Source of the DNA: an uncultured Alphaproteobacteria bacterium
GTDB lineage: Bacteria > Pseudomonadota > Alphaproteobacteria > RF32 > CAG-239
DNA length: 64,000 bases
NCBI GenBank assembly: GCA_944389095.1
Contig: CALXLC010000052.1
Coordinates: 9,240 to 73,239, forward strand
Direction of reading: 5' to 3'
Below the pieces are notes generated by a model that had not been told where the DNA came from, searched no databases, and saw only the letters and a list, made by a program, of their open reading frames with translations. This document shows, piece by piece, positions 35,242 to 44,635 of this stretch (its first letter is position 1; the number at the start of each line of letters is the position of its first letter). The translations under genes were made by a program, and so were the position numbers.

Positions 35242-35970
35242 TTAACGGCGGTCGCCGAACAATCTCAACAAGTTTAAGAACAGGTTGATAAAGTCCAGAT
35301 ACAATGCCAAAGCACCGGTAATGGCTTTGCGTGTCATTGTATCGTGATTGTCTGCAGTCATGTACATCATGCGGATTTTCTGCGTATCATAAGCCGTTAA
35401 GCCAGTGAAAATGATGACGGCCAAAATTGACAGCGCCAAATCCAAACCGCTGCTGCGCAAAAAGATGTTGACCAGCGAAGCAATGATAACGCCCCATAAT
35501 CCCATAATCATAAAGGACCCCATAGCCGTTAAATCTTTTTTCGTGGTGTAACCGTAAATGCTCATGCCGCCGAAAGTTGCCGCGCTAATCAAGAAAATGC
35601 GGGCAACACTGGCTCCGGTGTAAGCGAACAGAATGGGGGTCAGCGAAATGCCCATAACGGCGGCATATCCCCAAAACATTCCCTGAACCTGTCCAAGGGT
35701 TCCGCGGCTGACAACCCAGCTAAACGCAAAAACCATAATCAGCGGTGCCAAAAAGGCCAACCAGCCGAGGGCCGATAATCCCATCACCTGTCCGGCCGGG
35801 GAAATGTTAAAAAAGAGGCCGAGCAAGGGTGTATTGGCAACTAAAAATGCGGTTAATGCCGTGGCGCAAAGGCCGCCGCACATAAAGTTGTAAACGCGCA
35901 TCATATATTGGCGCAAGCCCTCGTCAATTGCAGGCATTGCGTCAGTTTTGGTAAAAGTTTTGTTTTCCAT
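35242..35970 (-). CDS. Bax inhibitor-1/YccA-family membrane protein
   Basis: 242 aa with seven hydrophobic segments. N-terminal LRQYMMRVYNFM and C-terminal ..LYLDFINLFLNLLRLFG are typical of the BI-1 family. Confidence 0.8.
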   Translation of the reverse strand: MENKTFTKTDAMPAIDEGLRQYMMRVYNFMCGGLCATALTAFLVANTPLLGLFFNISPAGQVMGLSALGWLAFLAPLIMVFAFSWVVSRGTLGQVQGMFWGYAAVMGISLTPILFAYTGASVARIFLISAATFGGMSIYGYTTKKDLTAMGSFMIMGLWGVIIASLVNIFLRSSGLDLALSILAVIIFTGLTAYDTQKIRMMYMTADNHDTMTRKAITGALALYLDFINLFLNLLRLFGDRR

Positions 35971-36059
35971 ATTGAAGGATTCTCCTGGTTAAAATTAGTG
36001 AGAGAAACTCTCTGATTTGTAATATAGTTTTTTTTGGCGTTAAAATCAATAGAGTTGAC

Positions 36060-36770
36060 TTAAGCGTATTGATAAAGCTCTTTTCCGTGGGCTTTAAGCC
36101 AGTTTCGTCCGCTTTGGTAGTCGGGGCAGAGCGCGGCAACGCAATTCCAGAATTCTTTGGAGTGATTTTGGTGGACAAGATGGGATACTTCGTGGCAAAC
36201 CAGATAGCGAATTACAAATTCCGGCGCCAAAATTATTCGCCAGTTATAATTGATATTGTGTTTTGTGGAGCAACTGCCCCAACGGGATTTGGTGTCTTTG
36301 ATGCAAACATTGTGAACAGTGCTGTTTATTTGTGCGGCGTATTGCCGGGATAAGCGGAGAAGTTCTTCTTTGGCTTTGATTTTTAAAAAGTCGCATATCC
36401 GGCGGTGGGTAAATTCTTTGCTGCCGGTTACGATTAAAAAATTACCTTCCAGGAAAGCACCGCCGCGACGTCCCGGTTGGCGGCTGACGGTATATGGCCA
36501 ACCCATGACGGATAAAATGTCGCCGTCTTTGAAGTAGCGAATCTCGGGCAGACGGTTTAAGGTCTCGGATATCCAGCCGCGGTGGTTTTCTACGAAATTC
36601 AGGGCTTTGCGGGTTGAACAGTAGCGAGGCAGGGTTAAAACCGGCAATCTGGATTTTTCATCAATACGCAGGGTCAGCTTTTTTGCCAAAGGGGATTTAA
36701 CCACTTTGATGGGAAAACCCAAAGCGGCTTCATAATCAAAGGTCTTCCCAGTCAACAAGGTGATTTTCAA
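36060..36770 (-). CDS. YgjP-like (DUF45/M48-type) metal-dependent hydrolase
   Basis: Contains HEVSHLVHQNHSKEFW, an HExxH...H motif near the C-terminus, and SRWGSCS. Confidence 0.75.
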   Translation of the reverse strand: MKITLLTGKTFDYEAALGFPIKVVKSPLAKKLTLRIDEKSRLPVLTLPRYCSTRKALNFVENHRGWISETLNRLPEIRYFKDGDILSVMGWPYTVSRQPGRRGGAFLEGNFLIVTGSKEFTHRRICDFLKIKAKEELLRLSRQYAAQINSTVHNVCIKDTKSRWGSCSTKHNINYNWRIILAPEFVIRYLVCHEVSHLVHQNHSKEFWNCVAALCPDYQSGRNWLKAHGKELYQYA

Positions 36771-37236
36771 AGTCTTCTACTCCTGTCTCAGAAACAACGG
36801 GGCGTCCTTTCAGGGATTGCCCGGCCTCGTGCACCGAATCGGCACGGCCGGTAATCAGCGGATGCCACGTTGGTAAATCAAAGCCGTTATCCAACAGCCA
36901 ATAAGCACAGGTTTTGGGCAGCCAGCGAGGTTTTTCCCGGACGGCAGCCAGGGTGATGTCCCGGCAATCCGGCACTTTTTCGAAACGATGCGGGTATATT
37001 TTACACAAACAGCTGTTACAGTCAAGAAAACGGCAGCAGGTATCGGTAAATTTTATTTGTTTGCGAATCTGAATTTTGTTGAGACAGCATTTTCCGCAAC
37101 CGTCACAAAGCAATTCCCATTCAGCCCTGCTTAATTTGTCCAGAGGTTTCTTTTTCCAAAATTCGGGTTCAAAATCCTGAAGGCTGTTGAAGCGTGTCTG
37201 CGGATTATATTCTTCGTCTATCCAGTCAGAGGTCAT
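36736..37236 (-). CDS. ycgN: YcgN-family (UPF0260) Cys-rich protein, copy 2
   Basis: Contains FW.KK.L..LS.AEWELLCDGCGKCCL...C..L....C.C..Y..R...VPDC..., LPKTCAYWLL and WHPL. The start was chosen at ATG 37236. Confidence 0.75.
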   Translation of the reverse strand: MTSDWIDEEYNPQTRFNSLQDFEPEFWKKKPLDKLSRAEWELLCDGCGKCCLNKIQIRKQIKFTDTCCRFLDCNSCLCKIYPHRFEKVPDCRDITLAAVREKPRWLPKTCAYWLLDNGFDLPTWHPLITGRADSVHEAGQSLKGRPVVSETGVEDFENHLVDWEDL

Positions 37237-37666
37237 TTTCGCCGCCTTCCAAAATATAATCTTCCCATTCTTCTTCGGGGATGTCTTTTTCACTGACGGT
37301 TTTATTTTTGACGGAGCGGGTTTCTTCCAGCGGTTTTCCCGTTTTTAGCGGGTGCCATTCCGGCAAGTCACCATATTCTGCAAGAATTCGGTAAGCGCAG
37401 TCTTGCGGCATCCAGCCAATTTGATTCCAATTGTCCGGAGACAGTTTTATGCATTCCGGAACAAGGCGGCAACGGTTGGCATATTCGCTACAGCTGCAGT
37501 TCGAATCGTTGAAATAACGGCAGATGATTCTGGTATAATAAATTGCATCGTCCTGTTCATCCTGCAATTTTATTAAACAGCACCGACCGCAACGGGCGCA
37601 AACCGATTCCCATTCTTCGGGCGTGAATTCGTCCGGCTTTTTGTTTTTCCAAAATTCTCCGGTCAT
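37226..37666 (-). CDS. ycgN: YcgN-family (UPF0260) Cys-rich protein, copy 1
   Basis: Contains FWKNKKPDEFTPEEWESVCARCGRCCL...CRYFNDSNCSCSEY..R...VPEC, MPQDCAYRILAEYGDLPEWHPL. Confidence 0.8.
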   Translation of the reverse strand: MTGEFWKNKKPDEFTPEEWESVCARCGRCCLIKLQDEQDDAIYYTRIICRYFNDSNCSCSEYANRCRLVPECIKLSPDNWNQIGWMPQDCAYRILAEYGDLPEWHPLKTGKPLEETRSVKNKTVSEKDIPEEEWEDYILEGGENDL

Positions 37667-37672
37667 TGCGGT

Positions 37673-37894
37673 TTATTTGTCTTCCGGCGGAAAATAGGTG
37701 ATTCTTCCCTGAGTTTTAAGCTTGTATTTCAACCAAAGCCAGCGGGCAGTGGCTATTATCAACAGAGGAATAAACACATATACAAAAGCAAGGGCAAAAA
37801 TCGTTGCTCCGAAAGCCACCAGCGTTATCAGCAGGGCAATTCCCAGAGCCGCAGCCAAAACGGAAAAAACAATTTGAATATAATTGACGGGCAT
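37673..37894 (-). CDS. small two-TM membrane protein
   Basis: 73 aa with two hydrophobic helices. Tightly spaced between dnaB and ycgN. Confidence 0.45.
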   Translation of the reverse strand: MPVNYIQIVFSVLAAALGIALLITLVAFGATIFALAFVYVFIPLLIIATARWLWLKYKLKTQGRITYFPPEDK

Positions 37895-37898
37895 TTGC

Positions 37899-39383
37899 TT
37901 AATCTCCTATTCTGTCAGGCAGGTATTCTTCTTTGGCCAGATTGCCAAACTGGGCGTAATCTCCGTTCCAAAAGAGTTGAACGGTACCGGTAGGGCCGTG
38001 ACGTTGTTTTCCGATGATAACTTCGCCGATATTAGCGGTTGCCCTGACGCGGGCTTCCCATTCTTCCATGCGTTTCTGCAAATGTTCCGGTGTTTCGGAG
38101 GCCTTTTGCTGAGGCTCTTCGTTTTGCAGGTAATAGTTTTCACGGTAAACGAACATTACGATATCGGCATCTTGTTCAATGGAGCCGGATTCACGAAGGT
38201 CCGACATTACCGGACGTTTGTCATCGCGTTGCTCGACACCGCGGTTGAGCTGGGAAAGTGCGATTACCGGTAAATTTAGCTCCTTAGCCAAAATTTTCAA
38301 GCCGCGGGAAATTTCGGACAATTCCTGCACACGGTTGCCTTCGGTTCTTTTGCTGCCGCTTCCGCTGATGAGCTGGATGTAGTCGATGACAATCAGTCCC
38401 AGGCCTTTATTGCGTTTCAGACGGCGGGCGCGGGTGCGGATGGTGTTGATGTTTAATCCGGGTGTATCGTCAATGTAGAGGGGAATTTGTTCCAGTTCGC
38501 GGACTGCTGCGGCAATTCTGGTAAATTCGGCGTTATCCAGTTCTCCCGTACGCATTTTGTGGCCGTTGGTCTGGGTGACCGTGGAGAGAATACGGGTTGC
38601 CAGTTGGTCGGCGGACATTTCCAGAGAAAAAAAGGCCACGCCGCGAGATTTTTCATCCAAATCTTTGGCATGTGCCATATACTCGGCGACGTTATAGGCA
38701 ATATTGGTTGCCAGTGCGGTTTTTCCCATGGCCGGTCGTCCGGCTATGATAATCAGGTCGGAATTGTTCAAGCCGCCGGTTTTGTTGTCAAGCGCGTCAA
38801 GCGCCGTGGGCAATCCGGATATTTTGCCATCCTTCTGATAGGCTTGTTCAATGTGGCTCAGAGATGTGGTTAAGGCTTGTGAAAAGTCAACAAAGCCGCC
38901 GTTGATATCGCCTTGGTTGGATAACTCAAAAAGGCGTTTTTCCGCCTGCTCGATTTGTTCATTGGCATCGGAGTCCAAGTCTTCGCGGGAAGCGTTGTTG
39001 ACGATGTCAAATCCGGTGGCAATCAATTCCCGCCGCAGGTATTTGTCATAGATAAACTGCGCATAATATTCGGCATTGGTCAGCGGAGAAGCGCTGTCAG
39101 CCAGTTTGACCAGATATTTGGCGCCGCCGACTTCGGCCAGGGATCCTTCCTGTTCAAAGTAGTTTTTTAATGTGATAACGTCGGCGACATGGCCGCGGGT
39201 GATGAGTTTGGAAATAACTTCAAATATTTTGGCGTGCATCGAATCTGCAAAATGCTGCGGTTTCAGAAATTCTGAAACTTTTTCAAAGGCTTTGTTGTTT
39301 GCCAAAATAGCGCCGAGCAGGGCTTGTTCGGCTTCAAGGTTTTGCGGCAAAGAGGTTATATCCGGTTGTTCCATCGTTCTCAT
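37899..39383 (-). CDS. dnaB: replicative DNA helicase DnaB
   Basis: Contains N-terminal PQNLEAEQALLGAIL, Walker A (GRPAMGKTA), IDYIQL, and QLNR/ESGSIEQDAD. Confidence 0.95.
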   Translation of the reverse strand: MRTMEQPDITSLPQNLEAEQALLGAILANNKAFEKVSEFLKPQHFADSMHAKIFEVISKLITRGHVADVITLKNYFEQEGSLAEVGGAKYLVKLADSASPLTNAEYYAQFIYDKYLRRELIATGFDIVNNASREDLDSDANEQIEQAEKRLFELSNQGDINGGFVDFSQALTTSLSHIEQAYQKDGKISGLPTALDALDNKTGGLNNSDLIIIAGRPAMGKTALATNIAYNVAEYMAHAKDLDEKSRGVAFFSLEMSADQLATRILSTVTQTNGHKMRTGELDNAEFTRIAAAVRELEQIPLYIDDTPGLNINTIRTRARRLKRNKGLGLIVIDYIQLISGSGSKRTEGNRVQELSEISRGLKILAKELNLPVIALSQLNRGVEQRDDKRPVMSDLRESGSIEQDADIVMFVYRENYYLQNEEPQQKASETPEHLQKRMEEWEARVRATANIGEVIIGKQRHGPTGTVQLFWNGDYAQFGNLAKEEYLPDRIGD

Positions 39384-39490
39384 GTTCCATGTTTTTGTTT
39401 TCTTCTCTTATAATCAATAATTTTTCAAAAGACAAAGAGATTAATTTTTTTAATTTTCGGGGTTGTGAATTATGGGGATAACGCGGATAA

Positions 39491-39519
39491 AAAAACCGCC
39501 GGAATTTCCGACGGTTTTT
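39491..39519 (-). terminator. intrinsic terminator after rpmB
   Basis: CCGCCGGA-ATT-TCCGACGG hairpin with one mismatch, flanked by an A-run and a T-run, about 20 nt downstream of the rpmB stop. Confidence 0.5.
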
Positions 39520-39537
39520 GGTGTTGATTATATATGC

Positions 39538-39828
39538 TTATTTTGAAGCTGCTTTTTTCTTGGCAATTGATTTTTTGATTTTTTTAGCTTCTTCGGACAG
39601 TTTGGTGTTGGATGTTGATTCCAGATAAGCATCCAGACCGCCGTTGTGCTCAATTGTCCGCAGGGTTTTGGTGCAGACTTTCAGTTTGAAAATTTTGCCC
39701 AGAGTGTCGCTCAGCAGAGAAACAACCTGAAGATTGGGCAGAAAACGACGGCGGTTTTTATTGTTAGCATGGCTGACATTGTTGCCGCTCATAACGCCGG
39801 TGCCCGAAATATCACATTTTTTAGCCAT
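39538..39828 (-). CDS. rpmB: 50S ribosomal protein L28
   Basis: N-terminal MAKKCDISGTGVMSGNNVSHANNKNRRRFLPNLQ is the L28 signature. Confidence 0.92.
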   Translation of the reverse strand: MAKKCDISGTGVMSGNNVSHANNKNRRRFLPNLQVVSLLSDTLGKIFKLKVCTKTLRTIEHNGGLDAYLESTSNTKLSEEAKKIKKSIAKKKAASK

Positions 39829-39994
39829 TGTAAAATTCCTTATAAAAAATCCAGTTGCCTCTTAATACTAATAAAAACCGTATAAGTCAAGGAAAAAATA
39901 CGAAAAAACTGATTTCGTTTTTCCTGAACGGCGGTTTTTGCAATTTGCTCTTGTCTTTTGAATTATTTTGAGGTAATAAAGGAAGACATTGAAT

Positions 39995-40071
39995 GTACCC
40001 GTAGCTCAGTTGGATAGAGTATCAGCCTCCGACGCTGAGGGTCGTGGGTTCGAATCCCTCCGGGTACGCCA
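39995..40071 (+). tRNA. tRNA-Arg (anticodon CCG), CCA encoded
   Basis: Hand-folded cloverleaf: acceptor GTACCCG/CGGGTAC, D-arm GCTC..GAGT, anticodon stem TCAGC/GCTGA with loop CTCCGAC, and T-loop TTCGAAT. The T-stem has one T:T mismatch. Confidence 0.85.
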
Positions 40072-40274
40072 AGTTAAAAATAACTCCTCACGGTAAAGTG
40101 CGGAGTTATTTTTGTGGCTTCCCGGCAGGGTCGAACCCGGGGTTCGTTCTCAGGCATCTAAATTCGTTTCGGTCAAAGAATTTCCCTCACTCATTAAGAT
40201 GTTACAGAGAGCTTGCAGATAAAATTAACCGGAGCAACGGTTAATTTTACTTAGCACTTCCTCCGGGTACGCCA
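40057..40274 (+). repeat. 15-bp direct repeat of the tRNA-Arg 3' end (CCTCCGGGTACGCCA at 40057-40071 and 40260-40274)
   Basis: Exact duplicate found by reading the sequence. The 188-bp filler contains two hairpins, including AAAATTAACCG-GAGCAA-CGGTTAATTTT at 40221-40248. Confidence 0.8.
40076..40113 (+). terminator. intrinsic terminator after tRNA-Arg
   Basis: AAAAATAACTCCTCAC-GGTAAA-GTGCGGAGTTATTTTT: a 16-bp stem with one mismatch, then a T-run. Confidence 0.65.
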
Positions 40275-40439
40275 TAAATAAATGTCCCCTTTTCAGCGGA
40301 TGGTACATTGTATTGATGCCTTGCGGGGAGGGGGATTGGTAAGACTTTTTTGGATTAGAAAAACAAGTCGTTAATGAAATTTAAACCGAAAAAACCATAT
40401 TTTAGCTTAAATTAAATTTAATTTGTCTGCGGTGAAAAG

Positions 40440-42362
40440 ATGCATCATGTTCATACCCTTATTCTTGATTTGACGTTGATTACCATTTATGCGGCCATTA
40501 TGACGCTGGTATGCAAAAAGCTGAAACAGCCGATTGTTTTGGGATATGTGGTGGCCGGTATTTTGGCCGGACCTTATTTTAATTTTCTGCCGACGGTCAG
40601 CGATCGTGAAGATTTGACGTTGTGGGCGGATATCGGGGTTATCTTTTTGCTGTTCGGGTTGGGGCTTGAATTCAGTTTCAAAAAAATGATTAATGTCGGC
40701 AAAGCGGCAATGATTACTGCAAACGCCAATATTTTGTTTATGCTGTTTTTGGGATATAATACCGGGATTTTGCTGGGCTGGTCGGCTATGGACAGCTTTT
40801 TTCTGGGCAGCATGATTTCAATGTCTTCGACAACGATTATTATTAAGGCGTTTGATGATTTGAATATTAAGAAGCAGAAGTTTACGGATTTGGTCTTTGG
40901 CGTATTGATTGTTGAAGATATTATGGGTATCTTGATGCTGGTTCTGCTGCCGACGATTGCTCTGGGTAACAACATTGACGGGGAAGCGCTGTTGGGGAGC
41001 GCCTTAAAACTGGTTTCTTTTTTGGTTTTGTGCTTTATTTCCGGAATTTATCTGATTCCGACTTTTTTGAAGAAGGTCGAAGCTTTTCTCAGTGACGAGA
41101 TGTTGTTGCTGATTATTATCGGTCTTTGTTTCGGGATGGTTTATCTGGCGACGTATTCCGGTTTTTCAGCGGCTCTGGGCGCTTTTATCATGGGATCTAT
41201 TTTGGCCGAGAGCAGTCTTATTCAACGGATTGAAAAAAATATTCATCCGATTAAGGATTTTTTCGGTGCGGTCTTTTTTGTGTCCGTCGGCATGATGGTG
41301 GATCCGTCCATGTTTGTGACGTATGCCTGGCCGATTCTTTTGATTACACTAATCGTCGTTGCCGGAAAAGTCGCTTTCTCCTGTCTGGGTTTTATTGTTT
41401 CCGGCCAACCGGTTAAGACAGCGATTTTATGTGGTTTTTCGTTGGCGCAGGTTGGTGAATTTGCTTTTATTATCGCCAGTTTGGGAATGAGTCTCAAAGT
41501 TTTGGACGCACAGGTTTATCCGATTATAGTGGCGGTTTCCGTGATTACGACGTTTTTGACGCCGATGATGATTAAAACGGCCAATAAATTTTATAAGCTG
41601 GTGCTGAAATTTAGTCCGGAGAGCTGGCGCAAATATATAGAAAGAATCGAAGAACCCGTCCGGGTCAGCCCTTCCGAAGAACGTCTGTGGTCGGAATTGT
41701 TTAAAAATTATTTGCTGCGGATGGTGCTGTTTTCGATGATTTTGTATACGATTATCCTGCTTGCGGAACATTATGTTCAGCCTGTCGTGCAGAATTATCT
41801 CCCGGGTAAGGGCGGAAAAGCGGTTATGACGGTCGGTACTTTGCTGGTTATGGCTCCGTTTCTTAAGGCGCTTATCGGATGGGAGGCTATTTTGCCGACA
41901 TTTTTAAGAGATACCGTTATGCGTATCTTGTATTGGTTAAGCGGGCGTTCTCCGGATGAAGAGCATAAGGACGGCTGGCTTAAAAAGCTGGGTGACAGAT
42001 TTACGTTTTGCAGCAATTTGAGCGGAAATGCGGAGAATATCAAAAACTTTTTTATTTCCAACAGTATTTTGGCAAAAATTTATTATAAGCTTTGGATTTC
42101 TAAAAAGGCCAACCGGCTGCCGCTGGTTTTGATGACAAGTTTCCGGTTGCTGGTTGTTGCGTTTTTTATTGTAACCGTGTTTCATACTTTTTTGACGGAA
42201 GACGCGAAAATTTCGTTGCTGCTGCTGTTTGTCTCGGTGGTTATTCTGGCTCAGTCGAAGTGGCTGCTGACGCAGTATATGAAAATTGAGGCCCAGTTTT
42301 TGGCAAATTTGCGCGGTCATTCTTCTGAAAAAAAGGAAGTTGAAGAAGAAAAAGCGGAATAG
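40440..42362 (+). CDS. monovalent cation:proton antiporter (CPA2 family) with an extra C-terminal membrane domain
   Basis: Contains N-terminal QPIVLGYVVAGILAGP...LFGLGLEFS, typical of Kef/NapA-type CPA2 antiporters, and about 12 or more TM segments. The C-terminal ~220 aa is unrecognised. Confidence 0.75.
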   Translation: MHHVHTLILDLTLITIYAAIMTLVCKKLKQPIVLGYVVAGILAGPYFNFLPTVSDREDLTLWADIGVIFLLFGLGLEFSFKKMINVGKAAMITANANILFMLFLGYNTGILLGWSAMDSFFLGSMISMSSTTIIIKAFDDLNIKKQKFTDLVFGVLIVEDIMGILMLVLLPTIALGNNIDGEALLGSALKLVSFLVLCFISGIYLIPTFLKKVEAFLSDEMLLLIIIGLCFGMVYLATYSGFSAALGAFIMGSILAESSLIQRIEKNIHPIKDFFGAVFFVSVGMMVDPSMFVTYAWPILLITLIVVAGKVAFSCLGFIVSGQPVKTAILCGFSLAQVGEFAFIIASLGMSLKVLDAQVYPIIVAVSVITTFLTPMMIKTANKFYKLVLKFSPESWRKYIERIEEPVRVSPSEERLWSELFKNYLLRMVLFSMILYTIILLAEHYVQPVVQNYLPGKGGKAVMTVGTLLVMAPFLKALIGWEAILPTFLRDTVMRILYWLSGRSPDEEHKDGWLKKLGDRFTFCSNLSGNAENIKNFFISNSILAKIYYKLWISKKANRLPLVLMTSFRLLVVAFFIVTVFHTFLTEDAKISLLLLFVSVVILAQSKWLLTQYMKIEAQFLANLRGHSSEKKEVEEEKAE

Positions 42363-42459
42363 AAAAGGCCGGGCGTTATTCACATAAAAGCCTGCCGGTT
42401 GACACGCCGGAATGCCTGTGCTATTGAAAATTTCAGGTAATTTTTTGAGGAAACGGAAG

Positions 42460-43521
42460 ATGGATGTTATATTGACAGGGGACAGACCCACCGGAAAACT
42501 GCATTTGGGACATTATGTCGGCTCATTGAAGCGCCGCGTTGAAATGCAGAACAGCGGCAAATATGAAAAAATTTATATTATGATTGCAGACGCGCAGGCT
42601 TTGACAGATAATGCCGACGATATAAACAAAGTCAGAAACAATATTTCGGAAGTGGCGCTGGATTATCTTTCCTGCGGTTTGAATCCGGAAAAGTCGACGA
42701 TTTTTATTCAATCGCAAATTCCGGAATTATGCGAGCTGTCTTTTTATTACATGAATTTGGTGACGGTTTCGCGGCTGCAGCGTAATCCTACGGTTAAAAA
42801 TGAAATTCAAATGCGGGGATTCAAGCAAAGTATTCCGGTTGGTTTCTTTACGTATCCGATAAGTCAGGCCGCGGATATTACCGCTTTTAAAGCCAATTTG
42901 GTCCCGGTCGGAGAAGATCAGTTGCCGATGATAGAGCAAACCCGGGAAATCGTGCGGTCTTTTAATACGCTGTATGACGGTGTTTTGGTCGAGCCGACGG
43001 CAGTTTTGCCCGAAAACAGCACTTGCTCCCGTCTGCCGGGATTGGACGGCGCCGCAAAAATGAGCAAATCTTTGGGCAACTGTATTTATCTTTCGGATTC
43101 TTCCAACGATATTAAAAAGAAAATCCAGAGCATGTTTACGGATCCTACGCATTTGCGGGTAGAAGACCCCGGTCATACGGAAAATAATCCGGTCTTTATT
43201 TATCTGGATGCTTTTTGTCGGGATGAGCATTTTGCCGCGTTTCTTCCGTCATATAAAAATCTGGAGGAAATGAAAGAGCATTATCGGCGCGGCGGATTAG
43301 GCGACGGTACGGTTAAGAAGTTTTTGAACGAAATTCTGCAAAGCGAACTGAAGCCTATTCGTGAGAAGCGCGAGATGCTGTCCGGAGATTTGGGACAGGT
43401 GTTTGCCATGCTGAAAAAAGGCAGTGAACACGCCCGTGAAATTGCGGCCCAAACGCTTGACGAGGTCAAGTCGGCTATGGGAATCAATTACTATAAGGGA
43501 AATGGTTTTTGCAAAAGGTAA
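42460..43521 (+). CDS. trpS: tryptophan--tRNA ligase
   Basis: Contains a HIGH-type motif ([10 protein letters not shown]) and KMSKS. The start was chosen at ATG 42460 (MDVILTG). Confidence 0.92.
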   Translation: MDVILTGDRPTGKLHLGHYVGSLKRRVEMQNSGKYEKIYIMIADAQALTDNADDINKVRNNISEVALDYLSCGLNPEKSTIFIQSQIPELCELSFYYMNLVTVSRLQRNPTVKNEIQMRGFKQSIPVGFFTYPISQAADITAFKANLVPVGEDQLPMIEQTREIVRSFNTLYDGVLVEPTAVLPENSTCSRLPGLDGAAKMSKSLGNCIYLSDSSNDIKKKIQSMFTDPTHLRVEDPGHTENNPVFIYLDAFCRDEHFAAFLPSYKNLEEMKEHYRRGGLGDGTVKKFLNEILQSELKPIREKREMLSGDLGQVFAMLKKGSEHAREIAAQTLDEVKSAMGINYYKGNGFCKR

Positions 43522-43558
43522 AAAAAAGCCGCATATTTAAGAAATGCGGCTTTTTTCT
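43522..43558. terminator. bidirectional intrinsic terminator
   Basis: A-run, AAGCCGCAT-N9-ATGCGGCTT, then a T-run. It lies between convergent stops at 43521 and 43561. Confidence 0.7.
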
Positions 43559-43560
43559 TT

Positions 43561-44445
43561 TTACGAATTGTTTAAGATGGTGGAGAATAGTTTTACCGCA
43601 GCCGAGCTTGAGCCGGCTTTGATGTTGGCCATGTTGGTGTAACCGGCGGCCAGCATATTGGCGGCGCCGTCATAGCTGATGGCCTGAATCTGGGCGGCAT
43701 AAGCCGCAGAGATTGTTGTTGTTCCGTATGTCGAGGTCGAACTTAATGAGGAATCCTGCGTTGTGGAAATTTCTTTATTGGTTGTGTCTGCGGAGTCTGC
43801 CTGCGTCATAACATAATCGTGCTTATATTTAGTTCCCTGCAGAACCTGCATGGCATAGGGGTAATCTTCACTGCTGTCGGCGTTTTCCGTTTTGCCGACT
43901 TCAATGTAGTAATATCCTTTGGTGGCCTTGTATTCGCCTTTCAAAATAGCAGACATGTTTTCGTATTCATCACTGCCTTTTTCGGCGGAACTGTCGGCAA
44001 TCAAAACCTGCTTGCCGTTCTTTACCATATAAACCTTAAGCGTCATGTTCGGAGCGGTTGTTTCCAGCAAATCCATCTCTGCCAGTTCTTTTTCTTTTGC
44101 AGCCTGTTCTTCCGCGTATCCTTCCGGGTCGAGTTGTTTTTTTAAGTCTTCAAGGTATTGTTCGTATTGGGATAAATCCAAGACCTTTTCATCGCTTCCG
44201 GCTGTGTTTCGGAGGCTGATGCTCAGATTGCCGTTGGATTGCAGCTGAATTTTGTAAATATCCCGCTCGTTGTATTTTCCGAGGCTGGCAACAGTTGTGA
44301 CGCGGGCATAATTGAGCCGCGTGTATCCCAAGTCCCGGGCATTTGCAAAACTTTCGTCAATATTGTTGACGTCAGTCACGCTCTTTTCCCAGCTTGAAAT
44401 GCCGTTTTCATCTTTGTTGGTAACGCTTGAAATACTGCTGGTCAT
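43561..44445 (-). CDS. hypothetical protein with a pre-peptidase-C-terminal (PPC)-like pattern and a Ser/Thr-rich tail
   Basis: DIYKIQLQSNGNLSISL...YYYIEV...YAMQV recalls PPC/collagenase-type beta-sandwich domains. No signal peptide. Weak call. Confidence 0.35.
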   Translation of the reverse strand: MTSSISSVTNKDENGISSWEKSVTDVNNIDESFANARDLGYTRLNYARVTTVASLGKYNERDIYKIQLQSNGNLSISLRNTAGSDEKVLDLSQYEQYLEDLKKQLDPEGYAEEQAAKEKELAEMDLLETTAPNMTLKVYMVKNGKQVLIADSSAEKGSDEYENMSAILKGEYKATKGYYYIEVGKTENADSSEDYPYAMQVLQGTKYKHDYVMTQADSADTTNKEISTTQDSSLSSTSTYGTTTISAAYAAQIQAISYDGAANMLAAGYTNMANIKAGSSSAAVKLFSTILNNS

Positions 44446-44577
44446 GGTTTTATCCTTTGCAAAAACAAGTTTTACAACAATATATATTTAATTATACCTG
44501 AATTAAGAAAAGATTAAAAGAGTTTTTTGATGGTTTGATTTTTTAAATACAGTGTTTTTTTTGAAAGCGGAAATTAT

Positions 44578-44606
44578 TTGACTTGCTTCGGGGCTCTGTT
44601 TATAGT
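44578..44606 (+). promoter_or_regulatory. sigma70-like promoter for the lipocalin-like lipoprotein gene
   Basis: TTGACT, a 17-nt spacer, then TATAGT. Downstream lies RBS GAGGAGG, 5 nt before ATG 44636. Confidence 0.5.
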
Positions 44607-44635
44607 GTATAAAAAACGGCATGAGGAGGCAAAAA

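Noticed and set aside
40044-40244. A 66-aa ORF starting inside tRNA-Arg.
   Set aside because: It overlaps the tRNA and two terminator hairpins and has no RBS. It is spurious.
41937-42491. A 184-aa minus-strand ORF bridging the antiporter 3' end and the trpS 5' region.
   Set aside because: It is antisense to two well-supported plus-strand genes and has a basic low-complexity product.
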